Shown one piece after another: positions 14,158 through 28,556 of a stretch of 64,000 nt of DNA (position 1 is its first letter; each line of letters begins with the position of its first letter). The stretch covers positions 39,173 through 103,172 of the forward strand of contig NW_004798227.1 in NCBI RefSeq assembly GCF_000002075.1, in the 5' to 3' direction. The notes under the pieces are model-generated. The model worked only from the letters and a program-made list of their open reading frames with translations, was not told where the DNA came from and did not search any database. Origin of the DNA: Aplysia californica. Lineage: Eukaryota. A program made the position numbers and the translations under genes.

Positions 14158-17100
14158 CAATCATCAAGCGGTAGTATCAACCACAAAGTATACCTCTAGC
14201 AACAGCTCAAGGTCTTGCTTGTACAGGTATGCCCTGGTGATCTCCCTCCCATCAAAATCCACCTCTGCCTTGTACCGAACGATCCCACCCATTTGAGTGG
14301 CCTTGATATCATGGAGGGATCTGGTGCAGAGGAAAGAGACTGTATTCATGACACTCGTAAAACAAAACCTGATCCATTCTCTTGTTGTGACCAGACATTG
14401 AGGTGCAGTCAATTACATATCTTACTAATGATATTGTCTGTTGGTTTTTCAGCAGTTCTAAGCCAAGAAGGCAAGCTTTAAAAAAAAACTACATGTATCT
14501 TTTCTTGCTTATGCAACACTAATTTAGAAATTGAATTTTGACAAAATATTTCAAGAACACATGCAACTGATGCCAAAGATTAAGAAAATGCAGAAAATTT
14601 TTTAAACAAAATTTTTGACTAAGTACATTTGAACAGTTTGGGATTATATGAAAATATTCAAATTATCAATCAAAGAGATGTCTAATTATTTTCTGCGAGT
14701 CTGTATCTGAAAGATTTCAAGAATATCGTTTACAATCCAAGGGGCAAAAAAGAAAAGCTGATGTCAATATACCAGTTGACAAGATGGAAAGCCTTTAAAC
14801 TCTGTACAGCTCCAAAAAAGATTTGGACAAGAGTAGAGCAAACAGTTTCTGGGGAAAAAAAAGTTTACCTGATCATGCGGTCCCGCTCTAGCAGCATACT
14901 GATGTCCTGACGCTCATCCATGGGGATAGACCTACAAATTACAATAATTGTTTTAAAGTGCATGGAGTTTGCTGTAGAGAGTGACATGCGCTATATAAGT
15001 GCAATCATTATTATCGTAAAAGGGGGAAGACATAGAATAGCATCAAGAGGCTAGCGCGGAATAGAAAAAGGTGGAAAGCGTTTGTTAGAGGCCTATACCT
15101 TGATTTAGGGTAAGAGAGGCAGTGGTGATGGTGATGGTGATGATGATGATGATTATTTTTATTATTATAGGTCACATTGTTACAAAGAAAGAGTAAAGCA
15201 ATACTTTGTTCTTCCTTGCTACGCTTGTACCCGTCACAGGTTAAATCAGTCCTAGCCAATCTGGGTGGTATCACCTTTTAGTAGCCGGCAATTCGGTAAT
15301 TTTGGCGGGCTGTGGGAATGACCCAGGAAGTGACAGGTGGTATTTTTTGTCCCGCTTGGAAATACGGTCGAAACTGTTCAAGTCGGCCACAATTGTCCAG
15401 GAAGAAAAGTAGTTGTCTTAGAAGACAGATGGAGGTCATGAACAGTGTCAATATATTTTTTAAAAGTGTAAGTCAAATAAGAGAACAATGATTAAATTTC
15501 AGTCATAAATGAAATCACAGATAAATATCAGTCAAAGAAGAGAAAAACTACAAATTTTGTAATCAAATATGAGAACAATGCAAAATTTCAAAGTCATGTA
15601 CAGAACAAACATTAACTTTCACCGTCACATATACAAACGAAGTTAAATCTCCTCCACACATCAAGGAGAAGAGTTCAGAAAAAGCCCCACGGCCACCCAA
15701 GCTCACCTGCCCACGAGCTGGTTGGTGCTGTTGTAGACAATGAAGCCTGCCACGGAACCTAGCAGGGTCCCTATCACGGCAGAGCCGACGGCGTCAGCGA
15801 ATGGAGAGCCAGTGACATGGGAGATGGTGATACACGCTCCGGCGATGCCCACGCCCACCACAGCAGCCAGGTCTTCCAGCAGGACCACGTTGACATTGGG
15901 ATCTATCCCACGTAAGACTGGAGGGGAAAAAAAATAAACAAATAAGAGAAACAATAGATGCGTGAAAAATGCAAACTGTTCAAATACGCCATGCACAGAA
16001 AGCCAAATTTTTCAGTAGAAAGAAAAACTTTCATTCTTTTAACAGCTGTACCAAGATTAAACATTTTCCCTGCTTTTTTTCACATATAAAATTTGAATTT
16101 CAACAAAGTGTTTCTTGTGCACATGCAACTGATACTAGAGCTCACAGAGAACGTTTAAAAAAAAAAGGCAATCCCGAAACGATAAATTTTGAGCATTACG
16201 GAAGCCTCACCGTACTCCACAAAGCTCATGTTGGACTCCTTGCTGCTTTTCCTCACTTGGTTCACAGCAATGACCAGAGTAGCTGGAAGGAAATAAAAGA
16301 CTCAAACATTAACCTTACACAGATTTTCACAAAGATGAGCGGTGTTTTGTCTATCGTGGTTTTAATATTTCTTAACATTTTCTACTTTAGAATATGACTT
16401 TCAAAACATTTCCAATTTACATTTAGTAAAATCTTTCACACTGACAAGACAGCAGTTACATAGTGTACAGAAAAAGAATAGTAGACAGACAGAAACAACA
16501 GAGGGAAAGAAAAGAAACACTGGTGCCCTCCAAAAAAAGTGATTAAAAAAAAACAACAAACGTAACAGAGGTGCCACCTTCAAAGAAAAAAGAAAAATTA
16601 ATTTGAAGGTCATACGTAGGACCTTACAAGAGCAAATTAAACCCATCTATACATCCTTCTCTAAACATCACAGCTTGACCCCACATCTTCACGCAGACAG
16701 ATTTCATTATTAAAAAGACAAATTGGAAAAAAATAAAAAAATAAAACAAGAACAACACACACGATCTCTCCTGCTCCCTCTAAAAATTAAACCAAAACTC
16801 AGTACAAAACAACACAACAGCCCCCCCCGCGCTCTTTGATACTACTTACCTCCTTCAGAGATGAAAGAGCCAACAAGTGTCGCGATACACTGGGAAAAAA
16901 AGAGGAAACATGAAAGGAAGTGTACAGATACTTCAAGTATTTATGCAACTATATAAAAAAACAACAACATGTGAAATAAAATCCAATTGGCAATATAAAA
17001 GCAGCAAATCAGCATTTTCTCCTTCGACACATTTTAACTGAAAATATTTGGCAGAAATCAAGCGTCTAGAAAATCCTCTTTCCATTAATCTAGAGTCAAA

Positions 17101-20100
17101 CTTGGATTTTTAAAAAGCAAACCCACCAATTCTCCAGTTATTTTACCCAACCCAACATATCAGATTCATGCTTTCATCTAAACAATGACGTCGCCAAATC
17201 GTTTCTAATTTTAAAGTCTGCAAACTAAAATCACAAAGCCATTAGTGATCGGGTGGTTGGATGGCGTTACTGATGAGTTCTACTTCTTCTCCTTCTCTCT
17301 GTTGTTTCTGTCTATCTGTCATACTCTTTCCACAGTCTAAATGACATTTATCGTGTCAATGAGCTTCTCTTTACTCAAACAAACAAGCCATTAGTGTGAA
17401 ATGAAGGTAAGAAAATTCATTGTAACAGTCTGAGCGTCGTTTTTTTTTTCTTCTTACAAGACCTTTGCCTATGTTGCAGTCAAGGGAAAACGCCTGGACG
17501 CAGTGTTGTGGGGTCCTCAGCAGACAGCATAAGGCACCAAACAGTAGAAGTAGAAGAGGTACATTTTCACTGGGAGATTTTCACATTTAAAGTTGGGGGG
17601 GGGGGGGGGGGGGGGGGGGCTCAGAGATGCAGGTACCATTGAAAACAAACAAAACACAGTGTTTTACAACAAAGCGTCAAATACCCGATGGCTTCTCTGC
17701 TAAGCAGAACAGGCTTGGAGATCAATCAGATTGTTATGCCTATCTCGAGTCAACAGTACACAATCTACTCCTATTTCAATATGAGTATACAGAAGAAAAC
17801 AGTGTGATACAATAGGTCAACATAACATGAAGCATATTTCAATCTAAGGTCATTTATTGGCAGAACTCTTAAATACATTTGAAAACTACAGAGTATAATC
17901 TGGCAGTCACATTTTGGGTGCTTTGAAAAATTTGCTACCTCACATTTTATAAATGAATATCTAATTTTCTCCTTCCATTTTTTTTAGAACCCTGTCATTT
18001 TTCTTCCTTCAAAACATGTTGTGTCCTGTCGAAGCTGGTTCCAATCTACTATTTCAGGAACCCACCCAATGCAGAGAGCCCAGGTCTGTGGGGTGCATGA
18101 AGCCTTGGATGCTGTGGTACCAGGAGAGTCCCGTGCCCAGGAAGAAGATCCCAACACCGCTGATGAGAGAGGATATGTGGCGCAGGTTCCGATAACCATA
18201 CGGGTGGTCAGTGTCCGGCTTCTTGAATGAGTGGTACAGGCCCACAGCCAGGATAATCTGTCAGGGGAAAAAAGTAGTATCTATATATATATATATAAAA
18301 GTGGACTTGGGAGGCTTTGTGCACAAACTCCTCCCTTATTACCTAACCCACACCTTTGAAACTTTGCAGGCGTCCATAGCATCCATGCGGCTTGGACCTA
18401 ACTTTTAAAAAAAAATCAACGTCAACTGCTTTCCCCGATTTTTCCAAAATGCTTTGTTTTGTCCACACAGAGTTCTAGTATTTCAATGCAGTTCAAGACA
18501 TATTTCACGACTTCCGTTCACATGCTGTGTGCACTTAACCCACAATGACTTGACGATTAAGTTCGTTCATCAAATGGGGTACCCAGCTAGTATCAAATAT
18601 ATATGAAATGAGACCAGGCCCACAGCAATGATAATCTGTTGGTTAGCAAAGCTGTAAATTATGCATGGGTTAGCTAGTCCAGGTCACAGGCCGAAAAAGG
18701 TGATTCCGTATATCTCAGGGGCCAAAGCAGGAGAAAATTGGCAGAAATTCGTTGAAATACCCAAGCTCTCTAAAGTGAGACAAAGACAAGCACTAAAACA
18801 TATGTCACTCAAGATATTAGATCTATTGCTTTCCGCCAGACTGGAAACTACTGGTTTTAATTTTCAAGACAGGCAGTTTTGTTTTATTACTTATCGACTT
18901 TTCACAAGCTATATTAATTACTAATTACTAGGGGGGGGGGGAGAGAGTTAGAAATGACACATGGTACAGTATGGTATCATCATCATTACTTTTCTCACCC
19001 AGCATCAAAGTACAGGTCACGAACAAACACTTTCACGTTCCCTGTCCTGGTCTAAACGGCGAAATGGGTTTAACGCCCCTTTCCACCCTGTAAGTTTATT
19101 TAAAAGATGGAACCTGTGAACTTAAATTCTATCTGCAATAGGACTGAGCAAAGTATGAGGAGAGCCTTGAAAACTCACCAAACAGACCTAAGTTCAATAA
19201 AAACACATTCATAATTTGAATCAGCATCATCTACACCATAGTCCAGCATGGCAGGATAGCAACTGAGCTAATGACATGTCCATTCAGAAGGAGGGGGGGG
19301 GGGGGGGGTTGTAGTGATCGAAGGGGCAAGGAAGAGTTCTAGAAGTTGTGAGGTTGTCAAGACTTGCCTGGTTCATGGTGTCAGCACAGGAGTGGATGAA
19401 CTCAGAGAACATACTGTGAGAACCTGTGTACAGCCAGGCGATGAGCTTGAACAGACTGTTGGCTCCGTTGCTGAGAAACAAAGGAAATAGAATATCAATG
19501 ATCATCAAATTGTTTGATTTATCAAGACTTGAGGGCTACAAATGGTCACCCCCCCATCTTGACGTCAATACCTTTTCAGTCTGTACAGACAATTCCATGT
19601 TCAGCTCACTCTTATCATTAGAATATAAAATATGATTTCACAAAGTAACAACTTATAATGATAAATGACGTTAAAAACAGTTAACAGAATTTACACTTAG
19701 CTTTTTTTCTTCACTTAGCTTTTTTTCTTCAATGGCCAGATTGAAAAGTTCATTAGAGAAGATAGTTAATCACTCATTTTTCTGCTTGGATGCTCTTTAA
19801 AAAAAAGAAGAAAAAAACCCCAACTCAACCCCATATTATCCTAGTGTTCTCCAATTACCTATATAATCAAGTTCTAGAAACAACTTATTCTTTGTTTGCC
19901 TCTGCCTCTTTTGCCTTCTTGGCTTGGAATTCAGACCAGATTATAAAATCTTATTTGACAAAAGCTTCAGCTGAGAAAGAAATCTTCAAGCACTTCTCTT
20001 AGAGATATGGTCTTTGTTTCCATAGTATGAGAGCACAGCACTTACACAAGAATTGCAGACAGGACAACTTTTGTTGACCCAGACTTCAAGAAGGTAGGTT

Positions 20101-23100
20101 CCTAAACAGAAAAAAAAGAAAAGAAAATTGAAATGTCATTAGAAAAAGCATAAATCTCACACTTGCATGACAATACTATTAACAGTCCTAACAGTTTGCA
20201 CATATAAAGTGCCATTTCACTTCTTATCAATGAAACCAACGAATTCATTCATTTCAACAAAACTGTTCATTTCTGTATTTACAGATCACATTGATGAGGG
20301 TGAAAAGAAGTATGATATATCACCAGAAATTCATAGAAATCAGAAAAGGCTCCTTTTTCTTTACACAGCAAAGAAAGTTAAAGCTTAAACATGAGCTCGC
20401 TCTCGACACAGATTAACAATATTGAGCACTGAAGATGATGATTATTTATGAAGATAATTATTTTAAAAAATGTATATTACATTTTTTTAATATATATATT
20501 TTTAAAAATGTTTCAGATGAAGCCATACAGTGAAAAATTGGATGTATTATACAATATATTTAGGAAATCCTATCAAGTCTCAACCTTTTTTATTCTCTGT
20601 TTACAATGATAGGCCTAATGATGATGATGAGGAGGAGGAGGATGAGGATGATGATATTTTTTTGTACATGTTCCTGAAGAAGCCCTTTACAAGGCGAAAC
20701 GTTGAACTTACATTAAATTTGAAAAGTCTACTAAGTCTCAAACCCTTTTTTTATTCCCTGCTACCTACAATGATGATGATGATGATTACATCAAATAAGT
20801 CAAGAGCTGACGTACATGTGGGTTTGTGTCCGGCTTGTGGCCCTGCATGGCGAAGGAATCTGGACTGTCTGGATTCGAGTACCCTGAGGCACTCATGTCG
20901 GAAAAGATGGAACGCCAGTCAGAGGCATCATCTGGATGGGAAATATGGTCAGATTTTCTTCCAAATATATCTATGGTTGTTTATGACCAACACTGACACA
21001 ACCAGACAGAACACTAGAAGTAAAGAAGCTCCATTATCACTCAACAGAAACATGGGGAGAGCATCATGACTTATCACTCAGCAGAAATATGGGAACAGCA
21101 TCATGACAATACTCAACAGAAACATGGGAAGATCATTTTATCACTCAGCAAAAATATGAAAAGAGCATTATGACTTATCACTCAACAGAAACATGGGAAG
21201 AGCATTATGACTTATCAGTCAGCAGCTGATTCCTTATTCTTACAAACATTTCGTTAACATTTTTACAACCAAATTTATGTGCTATCTTCCTCCTTACTTA
21301 TGGAGTTGGAGACAAAAATCATACAAAGTACAAAGCTTTTGATAGAATGAAAGCTGTAACATAATTCAAATGTGAATTAACAAAACATACTTGCAGCCTC
21401 TAGTAATTTGACATGAAGTTGCATCAAGTCCAACACTTACATTTGCCAGAATGTTCCATGCCACGCAGACGAGCCTTCTCTTTGTTTAGCGTGTCAAATC
21501 CTCCCCACTTGCGCAGGGCACTGGATAGAAAGAGGATAATTTTTGTGAAATCTGATCAGTCGTGTTAGTAATTGATAAATGAATGGGTTTGATACGCCCT
21601 TTCAACACTGAGGTTGTTCAAAAGATTGGACCTCTGAATTTCACTTCCATCACTGATAGGATAGAGCAAAGAAGATTGAAACTAATGTAAAACTCCCCAC
21701 ATTACCTAAGTTAAAAAATGCCCTACTTAGGATTTGAACCAGGGAAATCCGCATCATAGCCCAGGATGACACCAACTTTACTAATGGCAGGCTGTAAATA
21801 CAGAAAATCTGTTTATTTATGTGTGTAGGTCAGCAATTTAGAATAGAGCTGAACAAAAGCCAGACAGGGTTAAAAGTATACCAGCAGCTCCTAATTACAA
21901 GCAAAACAGGCCAAAAGAACTGCCTGACAAAACAATGGGTCAGAAGGCACATGACAGAGTGACCATGAATTACTAACAGAAGGTGCTGAAAAAAAAAGAC
22001 TAGTTAGAAAATATCACCCCCATCGCAAGCAATCCATTTAGGTCAAAACTTCGATTTTTACACTTTCCAAAAGCACTACCAAAGACACACCTGCCAACAT
22101 CACCAAAATACAGTTAAATGCTATGATCAAGGCTTACAACATTCTTGCTTTTCATGGTTCCTGATAGGAACAACACAACAACAAAAAAAACCAACTTGTT
22201 TTTGTCTCTGTGTAAAAAGTACCCAAATGGACTTAAGTGGATTGCTTGCAACACCGATGATATGTCTGCTCTCTGTCGTTACAGATTTAACTATAGCAGC
22301 GTGGACAGCAGTGCCTGATCCATTTTTCTTCTTTTCTACCTGTTACTGCCTTCCTATTTACCATAGCATTTAACGACTATTGTGATGTCCATGTACCTTG
22401 CTTTAACCTAGATTAGCTGAGTAAGCAAATGCCTAACAAAGTGGAAAGGTGAAGGACAACTTCGCAATAAACTGAAGTGTTTGAGTCCGATATCATCACC
22501 TCAATAACATTTCGAAACCATTAAAATTTCTTACATGTATCCTACTATATCATTAGCATTAAACTACAATCTGTGAGACTTTGCTTCAAAGATATCATAT
22601 TGCACATGAAGCAAACAAATTTTTCTTTACAAGCAACCCATATCAAATGCCTGAAAGGGCAGTTTTTACAAGTAACCAAAACGTGAAACTGCAGGTTCAT
22701 GCTAGAACCTTTATTACTTGAGTGGTGTGTTCACAGAGGTAATGGCCGGTAACAGCTGTGATCAGCCTGTACAGAAGCATAGGAGTGTACACTTTTATTG
22801 ATCAATAGTAAACGTTTTATGCCCCTCAACACAATACAGATATAGTCGAGCCTACCCTATTGGCCACATGTCCAAGACAATCATCTGTACAGACAAATTC
22901 ATCCTACCCACCCACCTTATGCTTTTTTGGGCTTTTTTCTATACTATAACGACACTGTCCAAGATCTCAACATGATGTCTAAGACAACCACTTTTCTTTT
23001 CAACAATGGATGGCAATCTTGGTCAATTTCGACTGTAATTTACAAGATGGTTGCTTTGCCTTTGCCCGTCAAACATATAATTCGGGCTGAGTGTGATATT

Positions 23101-26100
23101 ACATCGCAGCAGAAAGACAGAGGTAATTGACCTTCCCCATGGACAGAGCTGTTAAAGTACTTTTAAAAAGGTACTTAAGTACAAATTTAAGTACAATCTA
23201 AAATATGTACTTAAGTACAGTAAAAGTACGTTCCTGTAAAATGTACTTGAGTACAAGTACTTTTTAAAAAAGTACTTATGAGTACATTTTGAGTACTTTC
23301 TGCTAATATGACAAAACAATTCAGTGCTAATGCAAAACATCATATTATTGAAAACATATCTCGTATACAAATTAGGCCATTTATTACTAATAATGTAAAC
23401 AGTATACAAAGCATTTGAATTTGAATATACGCACTGAACGTAGATGGAAATGGTTCGTGAAATTGAAAAAAAACCACGCAAACAAACAGCTGCAACTAGT
23501 GAATAAGTGATATCATGAATAGAACATGTTTGAGCAAGACAATAAGATCAAATGTAAGTCAGTCCTAGAGGTCGGAAAGTAGGAAAAGTATCCAAGTTGG
23601 AAAATGTAGAGACAAAGTAGCTCTTAAGAAAAAATAAAATTGATGAAAATGGCCAGCAAAAAAAGGGAAACGTGCATTGAATTCTTCATGAACAAATCCT
23701 CAAGGAATCAAGGTAGCCTTAAGCACAAACCACAAAAAATAGTTAAAAAGAAATTTAGGTAGCCTAAAAAATTGTTAGATTGATATACATTGAGAACTTA
23801 GCTTCAGTTTCAATTGATTAAAATAGAGGTAAGACAGATTTTGGCCACACTGTGTAGTCCACGGCGCCCACGGCAAACCAAAATAGGCCTACATGTAATT
23901 TCCTACAGTCTAGTAAGTGTAGTGTAACCAAAAATTTTCTACTGCAGTAGTCTCCGCCTAAGATTCCAGTGCTTGGGAGTAAGGGAAATACGGGATCTTA
24001 GCCGACGAAGCCAAGGAAGAATCTACAGTGACCCATGAACTGACGTGACCCCTGGGTGGGTTTATGACATATGGCGAGCAAAGATGACCAATCACAGTAG
24101 CATGGTAACATGAGGCATGCCTTAATATTATACCGTACACTCATTAGCATATCGTCTCGATATCTTTATGTTTATCCAGTTGCCCCTCCCCTTTACCTGT
24201 CCAAAAATTGTAGCCTTCCATCTCTGATTGAGTCCCCCCGCCTTTGTCGTTACGTACCATTACGCTGTGACCACACCAATTAAAATTAAGGCAGTCTCGC
24301 AAAATTCGGGAATAGAGAAAAACTGCCTTCAACTTCAATGGTCAGGGCAGAGTTCGCAGTTCGATGTGATCCTGTCTGGAGCGAACTGGTAGGCCCTACC
24401 AACCCAGTGAGTGATGTGAGTTCAGGTGGCAAGCTCAGATGCGAGTGCGATGTTTGGGGAAAAGAAACGCATCGGTCAGCACACCTCAGTGTGATCCCGT
24501 CTGGGATCATTGTACCGTTTCATGGAGTTTTACAACGCTTGTGATCACATTCACGAGAGTGGCTGATCTTTGACGTGACGGGCAGTTCTTTGATCTCAAC
24601 TTTTTACTCTTGGTTGATCGGCAGTGCCCGCACGGGTGTTTGTTCCGTAAGTTATGATCAGAAATGCTGGCACTTACTCTTTCATTAAGCATCGAAAGTA
24701 CTCAAAATGTACTTTAAAAATACTCAAAAGTACTTCTATAAAAAGTATTGGAGTACAGTAAAAGTACTGGTTCTCAAAATGTACTGGAGTACAGTAAAAG
24801 TTCAGAAAATTGTAACGTAGGTACAAATACCCGAGTACTTCTACTCCGTTACAACCAGCTCTGCCCATGGAGGAATACAATTCTCATCTTTAGCTTGAAA
24901 GGTGCAGACCCTAACCATTACTCTACAGACACCAGTGTACCCAGAAGCCAACACAAAACCCAACAAAGCTAAAATTCCCAAAACAACACAATTTTTGCAA
25001 TCTTGTTCTTGTTCACCTTTAACCGTTAGAATATATATAAACTATGTTGATTCGAACAAATTAAAAAATATAAAACACATTTCCGACTAATCATCTCTTG
25101 TAAATCAACACTCAAGCAATTACAGAATTCTTAGTTTCAAACATTAAAAAAAGTTCTTGACCCATTCTCACCTACTCCTGTAGGACATTAGTTACTTCTA
25201 AATGGTGTTTCTCACTGTACCGTAAGCAGATTGAGAAAAGCTCCATACTTACACTTCTTCTACATCAGATCTCAGGTACAATGTGATACGGGTACCATCA
25301 GCATACGGACTCCGCCTTGTATACTTTGGCAGGTCTTCAATGTCACTGCAAACAAAAATAGAATGCTATTCAAGGGGTTTGCTATCTCATAAAACTCAAA
25401 GCTGCCAACTTTTCTAGACAGAAAAAGGGGACTCTTCCTATGGGGTGGATCAAGATTGTGGGTAAAGATGGTAGTTCTCTCCACACCCTTCAAAAACATT
25501 TCTATGCACTCTATAAATTCATGCTTTTCAATCTGTATTACACATGTTTTTTTACATTTTGGTTGACAGATACGAAAACTAATCAAGTTTGCCCTGTTAA
25601 CAGACAGTGTTGATAATTCAGTGGCACAAATAAAATACTTTACTCACAAAACCAGTCTAATTTTGGATGAACTCCACAACACCAAGAGCTTAACATTCAT
25701 TGATATACACCTTTTTTTTACCCCCCCAAAAAAGTGAAAACAATGTCCAAACAACAGATGTTACAATAGCATAAATATACTGGGGCAGGTACAGATTCAG
25801 TAATAGATCAAATGCAGTCAAACCTGTTCTAACGGCTACCTGTATAAGACAATCACCTGTATAGAAGGCCACTTCCCATTCCCCCCTTGTGCATTTTTTT
25901 TTTTTCCACTTACACTGACACTGTGTAAGACAGCCACTTTTCTCCCCAACAATGGGTGGCCATCTTAGACAATTTCGACTGTAATTACTCTTTCTAGAAC
26001 TCATGCCCCTTTCAGAGAGTAGCTCTCCTGGCAGCTTTTCTGAATATGGTTCTTTCCACCATCAGGTATCCGATTTTAGAGACACTTTGACAGCTAGCAT

Positions 26101-26768
26101 TATCAAAAGAGATCAAATTTAAAGATTCTGTCATGATGATTAATAAACATTAAAATCATGACACATGAGAGTTTGGAAGGCGCTCTGGTGTGGTTTGCTC
26201 CTGCTTTCCTATCAAATACCTATCATCATTTTCTATCCTCCTTCTTTTCTTTGTATGTTACTCTCTAGTAACACCTCTAATCTTTGGCAATTCAATCACC
26301 CATTTGTATTGCAAATGTTGTAAAACTATAACTAAAACTTTAAAAAATAAAAAAAATCAGCCTACCATCCAAGAACACAAGAGTTAACTATAAAGGGAGG
26401 GGAGAGGGGCTATCATATAAAACACTCACTTGGGTTTCAGCAGGTACTCCATGAGGGCCCGCTGAGGTAGAATGTAGATGTTCCCTGTGTAGCTGTAGTC
26501 CACAGGGTTCGGCTTTCTCGACCTTGGTGTAACTGCAAGATTAAAAATTGCTTATAAATACCACTTTATCATAAGTTAAAGGAGATGTCTCAATGTCTTC
26601 AATTAGATGAACTTTCAGCTTAAAGTAGTAATAAAAGTTTCATTTCTCTTATAAATCAATTCACAGAAACCCTATTAAGATGATAACAAACCAAAACCTA
26701 ATGACTTTCCTAACTTCTGTTAATGGTTAATTGAAAATTCCTTAAAAGTAAATTTTACGTTTGCGACC

Positions 26769-26799
<31 letters not shown>

Positions 26800-28556
26800 A
26801 GATCATTTCTACAGCGCCCACTCCCGTGTAAACACAGCTCTAGGCGCTTTACATAAATGCATGTACAAACNNNNNNNNNNNNNNNNNNNNNNNNNNNNNN
26901 NNNNNNNNNNNNNNNNNNNNNNNNNNNNNNNNNNNNNNNNNNNNNNNNNNNNNNNNNNNNNNNNNNNNNNNNNNNNNNNNNNNNNNNNNNNNNNNNNNNN
27001 NNNNNNNNNNNNNNNNNNNNNNNNNNNNNNNNNNNNNNNNNNNNNNNNNNNNNNNNNNNNNNNNNNNNNNNNNNNNNNNNNNNNNNNNNNNNNNNNNNNN
27101 NNNNNNNNNNNNCACGCTTACACATCGTCACGAAAGGAGCATAAAATAATATGCACACTGCAATTCACAAAATACATAAATGGATACATAGTCATTTACA
27201 TAACATTGTATTGAACATGAATCTACTGACATTAAAAGGATGTCATTAAATGTGTCTTTAAAGATTTTTAAAATTTAGACTTAGATGTTGTAATAATCTC
27301 TTAACAGAAAAAGGAACACATGAAGGCTTACTCCTGAGCAGCTTATTCTTTTTCTTCTCAGACGTCCCATCCGCCTGTGCCTCACTCTCACTAGCTTCAT
27401 CGCCACCTCCACTGGCCAAAGTCTTAGAACCTTTGCTGGCAGCAGCAGAAACATCACGGAGAACATGACTGCCTTTCTCATCCACACCAGTAGTTTTATC
27501 CGACTTCATGGAGAAGTGCCTGCTGGGACGCACGACGCATAGCATATCATGTCGAAAACCACGCAGGCGAAGACTAGAGAAACCCAAGCTTTGCACCCCT
27601 GACGCGGGGACGGCTGGAGTTGACGACGGAATCACAAGGAAACTCGACACTGGCTTTTGTGTTGACAAGTGACGCTGGCATTCTGATGGGGACATAAAAG
27701 TAATTGTCAGATAAAGACGAGCTCAGACTTGGGGGGTGGGGGGGGGGGGGGGGGGGGGGGGGGAGGCAACAAGCAACAACAAAAATGATACACGATATGA
27801 TCTCAGAGTACAATATCACAGCATAACACAAAAATAAGATAAGATAATACTTTATTATCCCAAAAATTTCCCTCTGGGATAATAAAGTATTGTCTTATCT
27901 TATCTTATTATCTTATCTTAAATAATTAACTTTTAAGCTACACAGGCTATTGACAGTGAGTGAGAAATTTTGTAATCCAATTTGACAATTTAAAATGACA
28001 TAAGGATAGTAATACTGTACAAAGATTATCATACACCCATGTATGTTAAAGCAAAACGATAACTTCTCCACAAAAAGCAATAAATCAGTTTATGAACACT
28101 TCAATCAGTAAGCTGCTTTCCCCCCTCCCCTTAAAAGGAAAAAAAAAAGAATAGAATAATGGAAACCCCCCCCGAACAACCAACAGATTTACCAGCCTAA
28201 TCTTTATTCCGGTTCAGTGCCTAGTTTCGGGAAATTTGACTTAAAATATTTTGAGTTTCACAACATGTCAAGCTTTTTCAATGCAATTCTTTGAATATCT
28301 GGATAACGACTCCAAGCAATCTTAGTTTTGATAAAGTAGATAGAACATTTGGTTTCTGACCTCATGGTCTTAGTAACTCAAAACGGGCAAAAATGTCAGA
28401 TATAATTTTGTAATTCTAAGGTAGCCAATAGATGAAATATACTCTTCATAAATAAAACCAACCTCTACAGAGAAGCACTGGTCTCACAGCTGCTTGCCGC
28501 AGCTGATTCAAGGAGCTCAACAGAGCCCGAAGCTCTGCACATCCTGGTCGCAACAT
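11759..28556 (-). CDS. SLC30A9: Mitochondrial zinc transporter 9 (ZnT9, cation diffusion facilitator family), ~619 aa, 16 coding exons
   Basis: Exons (5'->3'): 28463-28556, 27332-27682, 26430-26532, 25253-25345, 21441-21520, 20816-20931, 20046-20101, 19368-19470, 18066-18257, 16850-16889, 16211-16282, 15707-15917, 14869-14931, 14194-14320, 12880-12993, 11759-11803. All phases are compatible. ZnT9 motifs: RRSPY..LYLRSDVE, AWLYTGSHSMFSEFIHSCADTMNQ, HPYGYRNLRHISSLISGVGIF, DPNVNVVLLEDLAAV, SLHDIKATQMG..VRYKAEVDFDG, HGEKIIDALGEEVDRIE, PEIRHVDLEAL*. The two N-terminal exons and 20816-20931 are less certain. Confidence 0.95.
21030..21225. repeat. Minisatellite, ~5 degenerate copies of TTATCACTCAACAGAAACATGGGAAGAGCATCATGAC
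   Basis: Direct reading. Confidence 0.85.
22010..22264. mobile_element. Unclassified MITE; truncated second copy at ~51720-51945
   Basis: TIR core GCAAGCAATCCA..TGGATTGCTTGC; internal sequence (CAACATCACCAAAAT..TTGCTTTTCATG.TTCCTGA..TTTTTGTCTCTG) shared with 51720-51945. Confidence 0.7.
23144..24863. mobile_element. Non-autonomous hAT-type DNA transposon in an SLC30A9 intron
   Basis: Ends CAGAGCTG...CAGCTCTG; perfect 8-bp TSD CCCATGGA (23136-23143, 24864-24871); AAGTAC subterminal repeats at both ends. Confidence 0.85.

Noticed and set aside
21030-21225. Repeat array superficially like CRISPR
   Set aside because: Contiguous degenerate units without unique spacers, inside a eukaryotic intron.
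24286-24692. Possible BED zinc-finger remnant in the hAT element
   Set aside because: Needs several frameshifts and overlaps what looks like the decayed end of a nested MITE.
26742-27214. X-containing ORFs here and at the other N-gaps (1774-1975, 3776-3983, 38160-38383, 60526-60655, 60904-61110)
   Set aside because: Artefacts of reading through unsequenced gaps.
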